A DNA stretch of 64,000 bases from Callorhinchus milii (taxonomy: Eukaryota), in the NCBI RefSeq assembly GCF_018977255.1, contig NW_024704765.1, positions 3,906,001 through 3,970,000 of the forward strand. Direction: 5' to 3'. Below, piece by piece: positions 1 to 12,900 of this stretch. The stretch's first letter is position 1. Each line of letters opens with the position of its first letter. The position numbers were made by a program, and so were the translations under genes. Under the pieces are notes generated by a model. That model was not told the DNA's origin and made no database searches. It worked only from the letters and a program-made list of their open reading frames with translations.

Positions 1-1198
1 CTGCCGTTAAATCGTAGGGGGCTGATAGTGAGATCTTTAAGGAGACGGAGCAGGAGCCCGTCATGCTGGAAGGATCTACCCCCGATGTCTCTGGCATCGC
101 GGTCCCACAGAAGGTCCATGTCGGCTTGATCGAGGTTCAGATCACGCAGAGTTCCAGCCCGGGATGCCTCCTCCGCCTCCATGTCCGAATCTTCTGAGGA
201 CAAGTAGGGACCGTATTCATCTTCCAGGAGCCTGGATAAGATCTGAAAAGACATCATTAAAATATTTAAGGGGGTAATAATCCCTTCAAAAAAAATAATA
301 ATTTGCTCACTCAATCCACGGCTATTTGTGGGAGCAATTGGCTGCCGTGTTTCGCCCACAATATAATCAGTCAATTCACTTTACAGTATATTCCGTGAAG
401 CACTTTGAAACATCTCGAAGATGTGATAAGTCGCTATAACAAATGAAAGGATTATTAAACAGTTGAACAAGATAATAATTAAAATGCCTCCGGCTTGGAT
501 TCTGGTTACAGCTTTAAAGCTACTCTTAGTTTGAGTAGAAAGGAAGAGAAGGTGCAATAAATGACTGGTCAGTTGGAAGAACGAGAATCCGTTTCCTTCC
601 TCACTGAATTTGGTTAATATCTCCGCTCTAAATCAGCCCTCTGGTAATTCTTAATAGTTAATCACCAGTTAACTGGTTGTGTTTGAATATAACTTGTTCA
701 CTGGACATTTTCAGCTGCTAATGATAATAATAATCTTTGCATTTGATATAGCTACTTACCACGTCTATGAGACACAGAATACACTGTAAAGCAAATTGAC
801 TCGAGATTTTGTGGGCGAATTGTTTCACATTTGATGAAATACAATTATTAAATATTCTATGACTGAGGAGGATAATAGAGTAATAGAATATTATCTCCTT
901 GGTAATAGTGTCTGATGTGTCCCTCTTTCTCCAGAGGACAAATTAGAAGCTGAAATACATGTAACTAGTCACCGTTAGAGCAGCAATCTCTCCAATGTTA
1001 CATGACCACAACAGCCACGAACTCCATCGCTGACTCAGTGCTCACTCTTTGCTATTAGTTTGAATAATCAGTTACTAATAATCATCGTCTTTCTCTCACC
1101 TGGAGACTGTCCACACCTGTTCTGGGTCTCGCCTGGACTTGGACCTGGATCAGGAGGAGAAGCATGAGACCACAGGGGAAGCTGACGTGTGCGTTCAT
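1..1198 (-). CDS. NPPC: C-type natriuretic peptide precursor, copy A (CNP3-like, shark-type); 3' end lies outside the window. Coding exons 1198-1100 and 242-<1
   Basis: Exon 1 MNAHVSFPCGLMLLLLIQVQVQARPRTGVDSLQ (signal peptide) ends CAG|GTGAG at 1100. Acceptor ttttcag precedes 242. Exon 2 reads ILSRLLEDEYGPYLSSEDSDMEAEEASRAGTLRDLNLDQADMDLLWDRDARDIGGRSFQHDGLLLRLLKDLTISPLRFNG, closely resembling shark proCNP and paralogous to copy B. The mature ring is not in the window. Confidence 0.9.
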
Positions 1199-1269
1199 CT
1201 TCTCTTGAACCTCTTGGTTGGCAATGGATCTGTCGCCCTCGTCCTCTGGTTCTGTACCTCTCACTCCAA

Positions 1270-1298
1270 GACTTTTATCTCCACTCACACTGACGTCA
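1270..1298 (-). promoter_or_regulatory. Core promoter of CNP copy A: GATAAAAGTC TATA-like/GATA box plus palindromic CRE TGACGTCA
   Basis: Plus-strand acttttatct at 1271-1280 (GATAAAA on minus), about 75 nt upstream of the ATG. TGACGTCA at 1291-1298. The same GATAAAAGTC occurs at the equivalent position in copy B. Confidence 0.6.
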
Positions 1299-1550
1299 CG
1301 TCACTCTCAGTGATCCCATCATTCATTCCCCTTCTCTCCATCTGTCACTTCAGCTGAGANNNNNNNNNNNNNNNNNNNNNNNNNNNNNNNNNNNNNNNNN
1401 NNNNNNNNNNNNNNNNNNNNNNNNNNNNNNNNNNNNNNNNNNNNNNNNNNNNNNNNNNNNNNNNNNNNNNNNNNNNNNNNNNNNNNNNNNNNNNNNNNNN
1501 NNNNNNNNNNNNNNNNNNNNNNNNNNNNNNNNNNNNNNNNNNNNNNNNNN

Positions 1551-1737
1551 TGTGTGTTATGTTCTCTGTGTGTGTGTGTGTGTGTGTGTTGTGTTCTCTG
1601 TGTGTGTGTATGTGTGTGTGTGTTGTGTTCTCTGTGTGTGTGTTGTGTTCTCTGTGTGTGTGTTGTGTTCTCTGTGTGTGTGTGTGTTGTGTTCTGTGTG
1701 TGTGTGGGTGTTGTGTTCTGTGTGTGTGTGTTGTGTT
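1551..1737. repeat. (GT)n/GTGTTGTGTTCTCT compound microsatellite flanked by assembly gaps (1360-1550, 1738-1956)
   Basis: Seen directly. Confidence 0.95.
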
Positions 1738-4700
1738 NNNNNNNNNNNNNNNNNNNNNNNNNNNNNNNNNNNNNNNNNNNNNNNNNNNNNNNNNNNNNNN
1801 NNNNNNNNNNNNNNNNNNNNNNNNNNNNNNNNNNNNNNNNNNNNNNNNNNNNNNNNNNNNNNNNNNNNNNNNNNNNNNNNNNNNNNNNNNNNNNNNNNNN
1901 NNNNNNNNNNNNNNNNNNNNNNNNNNNNNNNNNNNNNNNNNNNNNNNNNNNNNNNNTCACTTGTTGGGGAAGTGCGGATGGGATGTATTATTGCATTGAC
2001 TTGTGTGGCCGTCGGTATCAGACACCGAGTCACAGTGACAGTGACATTGATCCATTTGGACTCTGAGTAACTCCGGGTCAGAGATTGTGAAACCGATTCA
2101 TGTTGTATTGTGTGTGTGAGTGAGTATTTGGTCTGTAACTGGTTCTTGATATCCGGATCAGTCGCAATTACTCACACAGTCCCGTTGCCGTCCTCTTCGA
2201 GGTGTTCTGGTGGAAACATGTTACTGTTTCAGCCAAATAATAATTAATAGCAGTCGCTGAGAATGAAATAACGATGATTTAAGGACAGGTCGCGCGTCAA
2301 ATAAATCAAAGGTATCCGGGATGTGAGTGGGGAAGTGGAGTGAGAGGTGAATCCACTTCTCACGATCACTGCATTTGGTGCGTAAAGTGTTTGAATTGCT
2401 ATTCAGATCCTAAATTGTGTTTCTATCGCCCACCGATTAACTGCATTTTGTTGGGAAGCGGTATATTATATATATATATGTGTGTGTGTGTTACTCGACT
2501 TCAAATCCAATTAAAAAATGTTTTCGAAACTTAGGAGGGACTGACCACAGGTTCCTCATTTATTGGGGAATGTCGCAGTAACTGTCGGTATTGGGTATCC
2601 CAGAGCTGAGGGTGTAGTCGGGCACTGATGGAATGATAAATAAAACGCAATTGCAATAACGGAAGCGTCAGTTTATACATTGCATTAACTCAATCACTAA
2701 ATGCCGCAATTTAAAGGCACAGAGAAAGGGGACTTCCAAACACGAGTGTAAAATTTGGTTAGGAAAATCTGACACCACCGTTACTGACGGCAGAAACAGC
2801 GAGACGGTCACATCAGGACAGAAGAATTTGCTAAGAATAAGACGAAAGAACACCAAAGTCCATCCAGTCCCCATGATCTCTAATCATGAAGTAATCCTGG
2901 CATCTGACCCTTATCATTTCTTCGAGTCGTCTCGAAGCACTTAACAGAATATACTGTAAAGTATATTACTGTATGTAATGTATGTATTGTATATTTTGTG
3001 GGTGAAGCTGTATATCCAGTGAATATATATATTAACCAGCGCTGAAACTGAAGTGAGAATATAATCGCATACCCGTTACTTTTGACTAAAATATTCGGTG
3101 CACAGTGTATCTTGGAAAGAGTATCCACTTAATGTGGTGCTTTGTTATTGGTCCCCTTTGACTTTAAATGGTAAACAGAATCATTTGTTGAAAGTAGATT
3201 TAAAGGTTATTTTGTGGACACGTTCAAATGTGCCCATTGGAGAGATGGAGTTGGGAACCGACGGGAATAAATGACATGGAGGTGAGTTGGATTTAATTAC
3301 GTTTACAATGCAGATTAATCGGTTAAACTTGTAATCAATGATACGCTTTGCAAAGATATAATCCTACATAAACCCTCGCGGTTTAGGGAATGGGGGAACT
3401 GTATACTTCCAGCAACATGGTCTGGTTCAGTTATCCCAGCGGGATATACAGTAACTTCACATTATATTGCTTTACACATGTATCAGCTGACGCATAAAGT
3501 CAGTGAATTGGTTACCATGTTCCCTGAAGACAAATCATTTTCTTTCTCTTTCAGTGAAGTTTTTCTGCGCTCATAGGTTTATATCTTTAACATCACTGTT
3601 AATTGTGTCATTGGAAAGTTAAAACTACATGTTGAGTTGGGTGCTCAATCACTTAAAGTAAACCCAAGGTATATTTTGTGAAGCTCTTCGAGACGTCGCC
3701 ACAAAGTGATAAGGTGCTACATCAAATGCAAGGATTATTATTATATTATTATTAATTGTTTACCGGTGATATTTGCTTCAACTGGGTGTATTTTGACAGA
3801 TCATACATAGCATTGCAACACTTTTTTAACATAAATGTGAATGGGGGCTCGGGTTTGGAGCCTGCATTAGGTGAGGTGAGATATTTTCACTGTTTTAAAT
3901 CAGTATCACTTCCCTCACTTCCTGATATTTCACGTCTGTTAATTTGGTTCTGAGATGTTTGGATAGTATGAGGGGTTTGATACAATGCGCCTTCTTTATT
4001 GTCGAGTTGTTCTCTCTAACGCAGTGGCACCACTGTACTTCAGGAAAGAATCCATGGGGTGGTTGGTGCCCTCTGGGCAGGTTATGTGGGCAGATCCGCA
4101 CCTCAGTTGATAGCTGTATCTCCGGAGTGAGGTTCCAATCCAGAATTCCCCAACAGATCCCCTCTTCCCCATTGGAAACATGAAGGGAAAAGGCCTTTCA
4201 GTCACGTCGGCTTTCTACTGTGGCATGTTGGCAGCTGCTGAGAGGTGGGAGGAACGTATGTGTTGGTGGACACGTTTGGTCCGAAAGCAGTTGCCTCAGT
4301 AAAAGGTGGATAGTGTTGCCATGAAGATTGTTTTGTGAGTATTGGGAGTGGTCCGGGTTTACATTGCTGTCTATCCATTGCTTCTGTGACTGAGGCAATC
4401 AGACTCCACCGAATAATAGTCTACAGGTGCAGACCTTCAGCTGTGTGAAACCATTGGTTGTATGAGTGAGATTGTATGTAAAATGACAATTCATATCGAC
4501 AATTCATATTGTAGCTTTGTTTTGCTGTGACAACACAGAATGGAAACCGGTTTACTATCTCACGAGCTTGTTCAGTGTGTCTACGTTATTTTTTTTAAAT
4601 GAACATTGGTACTCATGTGCTTATATGGCTTAAACAGCGCTGAGGTTACAGAGAACATTTTCCAGCAACAGAAAAAGTGAATAGTGATTACATGACTCCC

Positions 4701-4839
4701 CAATCCATTACTCTCACCAGATTATTGTGGACGTTTATTTACTTGACCAACCCACCAGCATTGTTTAGGAGGCGAGCTCTAAAACTCTGCTTATTCTCAA
4801 TAAGGTAAGTAATAATACTTGACACAAAATTCATCATCA

Positions 4840-5202
4840 GAAGAAAAATCATTTATTAATTCTAATCACCCCGCACGTATAATAACGTCCACACTTATTG
4901 CACCAAAACTCGCACAAGGCGCGATCACCAGATCACCAAAAAATAAGTTACAATAAATATACTTTCTCTTAAATTAATATAAATAGTTTTCCTCCAAAGT
5001 ACCATGAAATAGGATGACATCTACACGATTGTTTGAGAACAGTTTAAAATGGCAAAGATACGACTAGTACGCAGTCTACAGTGGGACTATGGAGTTTATA
5101 ACAGTTTGTGTAACCAAATGTGAAGGAGATTTAGATGAAGTAAAGGCTGTAGAGAGGGTAACAGACGGGTTTTCTTCACATTTTTACTCTTTCAGTCAGA
5201 TT
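4840..5202 (-). other. Probable non-coding exon 3 (3' UTR) of CNP copy B, with AU-rich elements and poly(A) signal
   Basis: Donor AAG|GTAAGC at 5745/5744, 15 nt after the stop. Strong acceptor ctaatttcctttttttttccttcccag before 5202. Three ATTTA at 4954-4984 and AATAAA at 4852-4857. Confidence 0.6.
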
Positions 5203-5759
5203 CTGGGAAGGAAAAAAAAAGGAAATTAGTTGAAACACACACTTTACAATAAGGAATCCAGTAGTTTGGGTATTTCCCAATTAGATGTCACAGTTAAAGA
5301 TCATAAGAATCTGTTACAGTTGACAGCCAAGTCTATCATCATACACAAGTGGGTGTGATTTACATGGTAAAGTACACAATTTATTAATTCTAATCTGGGG
5401 GAAAACAATTGAGAGAGATTAATGAGAGAATGACTGTGGAACCTGATTTACAGGGATTGTCTAATGGCACCAGAGTTATTCAATGAGAGGGAAGTTAATG
5501 AAGTGAATGTGGTTTATGAAAAGAGAGAGTTGTGATATTTAGGATCATTGGTGACATTCAACGTTCAAACTATCCATCTGTTTATTTCTGTGCGTGAGTT
5601 TATAAACCATTTCTGTCTGATCAACGCGCAAACGATTCCGTGTAATCGATGGTAATAGTTTCTCTTTGAAGCCTTAAGTAGTGAAGTTTTGAGCTGCGGC
5701 TAATGTAAAGTACCAACAACACGGTGTGGAGTTAGGAAGCTTACCTTAAGTGAAGTGAG

Positions 5760-6847
5760 TTAGCATCCCAGGTCACTCATGGCACCGATTCTGTCCAGTT
5801 TCCCTCCAAAGCAGCCCCGCGCCGACCCCTTCTTGTTTCTGGCCCGGAATCGGAGAGGGCTGTAGGCGAGCAGTCGAGTTAAACGTGCATCGTGAAGGCT
5901 GTGCCTGGTTTGGAAATCGCGGGAGTCCCTGTCCCAAGGCAGCTCCGACTCAGGTTGGACACTTTCTACCTCTGGAGAGGCCTCCCCTACAGCGGTATCG
6001 TCAGCCTCGCTGTCCAGCTCCTCCTGAATCAGAAGGCGCTCCAACTCCTCTTCTAAAATTCTGGACAAGGTCTACAATAAAGGTGGGAAATGTTAGAAAA
6101 GGGTAGAACATAATTACGCTGCATCAGTGCCGGGGTCAAGCCCTGATAGCAGAGATCGGAGCACTAAGTAGAATTGTCCTAATAATGGCAGGAAGGAGCA
6201 CTGAAGCCTGATTCAAGCAATGAATAATATATATAATAAAAATAAACTATTATGTAAAATGCTATGTAAAGCAATGCTATGTAAACTGTACATTAGCTTT
6301 CAGATAGGCTTGCAGTTGCAAAGGGAAATTTCAGGAAGGATTCCAGGTAGTATTTGTTTACCGAGAGGCTAATTAACCTCTGACTCGAACAGGTTAGCCT
6401 GGTTGAGCCCAAAATTCTGGCGTGTTGAGGCCAACAGCTTCTTGCTGTGCTGGCAAGATGTCAAGGTGACTCTTCTGGAAGGATGAGATCACATGGAAGG
6501 ATAGCCTTCTTGATGGAAATCGATCATTTGAAGTTTCTTTTTGAACTCTGTGTTGCACTGAACCTGATCATCCTATCTTCTCACAGTTCTTAGTCTGGCT
6601 ATGCTTCCTATAACAGTTAATAGTGTCCAGGATCTGTGAACAATTGCTATTCACCTTGCGGTATATTCAGTGAAGTGCGTTGAGATGCCTTGAAGACGTG
6701 ATAAGGCACTATATCAAATGCAAGGATTATTATTATTATTATTATTGTGTCTCTTACCTGGAGGTCGTGCTGTGGCCTGGGTCTGGCTTGGACCTGGATT
6801 AGCAGGAGAAGCAGCAGTCCACAGGAGTAAACTGTGTTTGAATTCAT
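5760..6847 (-). CDS. NPPC: C-type natriuretic peptide precursor, copy B (133 aa). Coding exons 6847-6758 and 6071-5760; mature CNP-22 GSARGCFGGKLDRIGAMSDLGC
   Basis: Signal peptide MNSNTVYSCGLLLLLLIQVQA, donor CAG|GTAAG at 6758, acceptor ttgtag before 6071. Dibasic KK is followed by the 17-residue ring CFGxKLDRIGxxSxLGC ending directly in TAA (no C-terminal tail, which defines CNP). Confidence 0.95.
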
Positions 6848-6919
6848 CTCGCCTGGTTCAGCTTCTGGTTTGATGTGGGTCTCGGTTTCTTTCGGTCTGT
6901 CCCTCCACCGTGATTCGGG

Positions 6920-6930
6920 GACTTTTATCC
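6920..6930 (-). promoter_or_regulatory. GATAAAAGTC TATA-like/GATA box of CNP copy B
   Basis: Plus-strand acttttatcc at 6921-6930, about 75 nt upstream of the ATG, matching copy A in sequence and spacing. A further AGATAA lies at about 7014-7019. Confidence 0.6.
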
Positions 6931-9900
6931 TCCTCGGGCTGTGGTCATGGAGGTCATGTGGTCAGGAAACATTTTCTAAGAAACTAAATCCATTTGGTTC
7001 CGTCACTCTTTAGAGATAAAGGGCATGTGGCAGGATCAGGAGACATTTCCTTTTAAGTGGCCTTTTTGCATTTGATTAACATATAGGGAGGACGGTCTGA
7101 TTCTATTCGCTTTCAAATCAGACTCAGTGGGTGGGAGAAATCCAGCGCTTTCCAATTGATATTGGAGTATCTGGGATAGGGAAAGCAATAGGACTTTCTT
7201 TTGGTTAGATGTTTGGGTGTTTGAGCCCATTCCAACAGATATATTGATGTAAATTCTGTAAATTGGTGAGACTTATGGCAGGACATAGCTTTGCTTGGAT
7301 GTCAGGATGTAGTGAGAAATAGTGGCTGTTTGATGGTGGTGGTGGGTTGAGTTTACACATTGATCGCAAACTTTCCGGAGGTGTTGGGGGTGGGGTGGTG
7401 GTGGGGAGGGGGGAGAGAACCGCAGAAGTTGGAGAGAATGGTATTGAGTTACAAAGTTTTCCAACATTAATGTTTCTTTAAGTAGCTGAGTTCTTGATTG
7501 CTGTCACGAATACTTGCAGACGCAGATGGATATCCGGAATAAGTTCGAGGGAATCCAAGGGCGACGTCCATTTGATTCCTGAGCGTAATTACACACATAC
7601 CAAACGGTCATTAATGTTTGGGGACACCGCTTGGGTTTGGGTGTGGAATTCTGTCGCTTCTGCTTAGGAGAGCAGATCCGATTCCTGATACTTTTAGGTG
7701 TGTTCTTTGTTTGGGAGCAGTCGAGGTTTTGGGTTTTCTTGAACACGGCAAACGATAGAAGTATAAAACCCCAGATCTGATATAAATTTTTAGTTTGTTT
7801 GATTAACTATGCCATTAAAGTGCTATGTGGCTTGTGTTACAGAGCTCGGTATGGAAAGGGAGCTGATGGCATTCCTCTTGAACCATTGCAAGAAGCAGAG
7901 CCTGGGTAGGACACTGCACCCCACAGCTTCACTAAGCAATAACAATTACTTGGAGAGAAGGAATACTTTGATGTATTCTGAGGTCTATGGATAAAGCTAT
8001 TACACTGCTGCTGGCAATGTTGAGTTTGCTTCGGTCACTCACTGCGATCCTGAAGGACCAAATGGTATTATCTATCTGACAGATTGCATTCAATTTCTTG
8101 TGAAATACCTCACCAATGATATATTGTTCTAGCCTTCTGTGTTTATTGCAGTGAACACTAACTTTGCAAGACTTTATGCTAGTTATCAAGAGAAGGATGC
8201 ACTGGCCAACAATCCCCCAAATAAAATTGGTCATTCACACCTTTGCTGTTTTGGGGATATTGCTGTGTACAAATGACTGCCCCCATTCGCCCACAAAATA
8301 CCCTACAATATATTCTGTGAAGTGATTTGGGTGTCCTCCTGACCTGAAAGGTGCTATACCAAATGTAAGGATTATCATCATTTTACTGTTGTTATCAGAG
8401 TGAGGTATAATCTGTGTTCAGTCTTTTTTTGTAGACCCAATAGATTAATTTAACTTTTGCAGAACATTAGAAATTTAAAGTTTTTTTTTAATGTTGTGGG
8501 TCTGAACGATATCTGTATATTTACAAAACTACAAAGAGCAATCAGTACTGAAAGCCTTTCCATCAGCTGTAACATTCCTATAGCTAATCAAAGGCCACCA
8601 TGTCCCAGAAATCAGTCTTTTTGTTGATATTTAACGCAGATATATATTTTTAAAAAGTCCATTATAACGTTAACAAATTCAGACTCCTGTATTAGTAATG
8701 AAGCATTTCAGTGGCAATAAAGATTCCCTTGGTACATTTCAGGAGAGCTTCTTGAATTTTGATAGAGTGTAGGTTGATGCCATTATTTGTGTCCTTAGGA
8801 TCCCACTAAGTGCAATATTCAGTGGTCAAACACTGTGCTTCACTACTAAATTGCGGGTGTTCGGGATATAATTACAGTACATTTGCTCAGAAACACTAGA
8901 CAGGTGTAGTGTAGTGCCTAATTCATTTTAAAATTCTGGGTAAACACAAATAACACATTTCACTGATTAGATTCATGCAGCATTTACATGAAAAAACAAA
9001 ACTCTGTTTTGTTGCACAGTACTTTGTCGTTGGATGTTACAGAAAAGCATCAGTTTACTAATTTGATGTTAGATAATTTATCCTCATATCTTCAAGGGTC
9101 TGTTTGAAGCCAAAATATAGAATTTAATTTTGAAATTACTCCTCTTTGGATGCATTGTTTTCAGCACGTTGTGCGATGATTGTAGGAAATTCAAACAGCA
9201 TCCAAGGGAATGGTATCAATTACAGCTTTTATTACAATTTGTCTATATATATACTTAAATATTAAGAATATTATTAAGGTGGAGGAAATATTGAACTGAT
9301 GGAGATGAATGCCACGTGGATCTCCGTGTGATGCTAGAAATAGACTGAACTGTTGAGCTCTCCAAAGAGAATATTTTGTGCATTCATTTGTGAAGCATTT
9401 CTATGCACCATATTATGATAGTTCTCAGGAGATAATACAGATTCTGACACACAGCAACTATTCTCTCGCAGACACCTATTCTTTTTTGAACATAAACTGC
9501 CTTTAATGCAAGGATTATTATTATTATTATTGTGTGTCTTCCTAAAACAGGTTTCCATCAATATTGCTGAGGTGAGGAGTTAATGAGGAGGATTGTATTG
9601 TAGAGTTCTGGCAGTTTTGCCTTTTGATTTTTGCTGAAGAGAGGCGATACATTGGCTCTTGAAGATCAAGTAGTAAAATGCCTGTTTTTGTTGTTGTGCT
9701 CTCTCTCTCTCTTAAGTTTGAGAAAAAAAAGGAGATAGAATTCCATATGCTTAGTATTTAGATAGTTTAGAAAGGTCTATTGGGAATCCACATGGTTTAA
9801 TAAGCGTTTAAAGAAATTAAAATACATTGTTTTTTCTCATGAGCTAGAAAATAAGATATAATTTCATAAATATAATTTTTTCAGATTTATTTCTCTGAGG

Positions 9901-12900
9901 GTCATCAAGTCATTGCTATCATTGTTTGTAAGATGTCAAATATAATATAAAAAGGCATTTTGGAACTAGCAACAGCACGAATAATTAATTTGGAATATTA
10001 CTTTATCTTTAAATGCACTGGACTCCATATCAAACCACCCTGATTGCTTAGAGGGAACAGTAACAGTAAGAATCCTTTATGTCATTTGGACATTAGAAAA
10101 CTTTGTAAAATCCAAGAGAATTTGGAATTTGGAATTTGGAATATTCCAAGGAATATTACTATAAGTGCTGTTCAGTGGCGATATTCCTCTGAAATAATCA
10201 TGTGGTATTTCAAGATATTTTGAAACTAAAATGAAGTTCCATTGCTGTGGAATTATTGAGCTGGCCTCTGAATCCTCTGAAGTGTTACTTGCTCTATGTT
10301 AATAACACATCAAACCCAAATCTAAGGCCGTGGTGAGAAGCAATGAATGCCATTTTCTAGTGACAAGAAACCAGCTCTTCAGTCAGTACATTCTGCCAAG
10401 CTGTCAGTGTTTTAACAATGAGACGGGACTGGAATGTATTACAATGGAACATTAACATTTTCGGTGTGATTTAAATTTTGATGATACCTTCTCTGTAGAT
10501 TGTTCGAACCCAGACATGATTCACTGAACAGCATCATGGTAATTTAGTCTTGTCACTGAGGATTATTACAGGAATGTGACTGTACTTTCAGAGGCATCTG
10601 TTCACAACATAGCACAATCTGTCACTGAAATATGATGGCTACACCCTGATTGCTTAGTCTCTCCATTCCAGCACTCATCAGAATAGAGTTCAATTTATGC
10701 TTCGAGTCCCTAAAGATGTCACCCATGTCAAATCTACATTTGTGCAATGTCACACAATTTCTTTTGGGATTTATTTTCTAGGGACAATGCAGTTCAGTTC
10801 ATGACAACCCCAACATGAGACTCAAAGGAAGAGTGTTGCCTGTGTGGCTGACAGCAATTGATTTACGTCGGGTTCTTTTGTGCCAAACCGCTACTTCACT
10901 TCTCTGACCAATTCAAGTCATGAAGTTGAGATTGTTACCTTGAGTTAGAGTTTGACAATGAATAATTGCACAGTTTAAGCTTGAGTTTGTGGGAGACTTG
11001 GCCAAGTGAGCGTAAGGTGGGATGGAATTGGAAGTCACGTTAATGCATGTTATTATGCACCCCATGGAGAGTTACTTGTTGTGTGGCTGCAGTAAGCGAA
11101 GATTTTTACATGGTTTATATCATTTGAATTGTGGAAAATTCTTAAATTAAGTCTTACATTTTTAAGATAAAATGACCTAAAGGATTAAGTGACCTCTGAG
11201 GGAAGGTGTCATGTTTAGAGACTTTTGTATGTGAATTTACATTTTACAGAACCAAAAATATTTAATATAATAATAAGTTAGTCACTTCAAAACGCGACTC
11301 TTTGTGGGACACTGCTCTGCAAAATTGGCTGCTGCGTTTCTCCCACAAAATATATTCACTTTACAGTATATTCTTTGAGACGTCTTGAAGATGTGATAAG
11401 GCGCTAAATCAAAGCATTATTGTTATATAATTATATTGTGCTGGTATGCTGCTTGAAAAGCCTTATTTGTTCCGATAGCTGCAGACTGTGTCTAGCACTG
11501 AAGGCCTTGATGTGAAGCGCAGAGCGACACACAGACAACGCAGGCTCCTATCTATTCTGGTCTTTACATTAATAATATGATAGGCAGTCCTCCTCCCTGG
11601 CAGTTTCTCTTAATTACTTCATTAAGACTGATATTGTTGCTCATTATTGCCTCGGTCAAGAAGCTCCCCTGACGTCAGGAGATAATAGAGTGACTTGGTC
11701 CGTTCATGGCTGAGCAGCTGTGGGATCAGTGGGTCCTACATCGAGTTGCTGCTGTTCATCCATTATTCCTGTGCAGAGACAGGCCAAGTCAAAGGTTGTT
11801 TAGGTACACTACCCAATGACGCAGCACCTGGATATTAATGTGTCAGAAACATTGATTAAATATAGATATTCTGATAGACGTATACTTTGGCGTTAGGAGG
11901 AATTTTGTACCGAATAAGATTTCAGTTTGCATTTTTTCACAAAAAATATTTGCAGCTGGTAACACCGGTGAATCCATCTGGCTCTCTAATTTTCTTACAC
12001 TGCTCAGCAAAAATAAATTTGCGCAAAGCCCTTCTGTACAGATGTTTTTCTGGTTGCCAAAATCCACATTTATTTTCAGTCTGAAAACGATTTTCAGTGA
12101 TGTAAGAATGGAGATGGTTAAATACAATCACAAGACAGCATAAGGCAGGATTACTTTCAGAGGGAAAGATTTAATAAAACAAAATGCCCTGGTGGAAATT
12201 GATTTTTCACTGATGTGAAGCATTCAGTGAATGCTTTTACCATTGACTTAAAGTCCAATCTAATTTCTAGTTTTGAGTTTATCAACAGAATGAAGGGTTA
12301 GATACAGAGGTTTAATTAATTTCATTAAAACATAATTATCCGGACAACCGAATGGCAGAATCAGATAGTCAATGCCATTTCATCTGTAGAATTTGGGAAT
12401 TAATAATAATAATAATCCTTGAACTTGATATAGTGCCTTATCACGTCTTCCAGATATCTTAAAGCTCTTCACAGTGAAGTGAATTGACCAGACTGAAGGG
12501 GTGGGTGGAATCCATCTTGTCAAAGCCAACTACGAGGATCTTACTTGAGATGGGTTTGGAGCAGTTTCAGCACGATTCTTGGTGAATGGCTGGCACATAA
12601 CTGGCCACAACTTGTCGAGGATTAGTCACCTCCCTCCGAGAGACAGCAATGATGATCCCTGTGAAAATGGGAGAGAATTAATTGTACAGGAAGTGCTCTT
12701 GAACCCAATTGTAGGAATTGTCCTGTTCTAGCATAAGAACATAAGAATTTGCTGGCAAAAGGAGACCAAGGTCCATCTAGTTCGCTTTCCACCATCCTGG
12801 TAGTCGGTTGACAAGTCATGTTCCAAACTACGTACTGTGTCCCCAGATACTATTTTCTTACAGAACTGATTCTAATTTGTTCTTGAAACAAATTATATTT

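Noticed and set aside
1319-2070. Long ORFs rich in C/V or H/T
   Set aside because: Translations of microsatellite and N gaps.
3860-4440. Short ORFs possibly from a decayed LINE
   Set aside because: No recognisable RT or endonuclease motif; too degraded to call.
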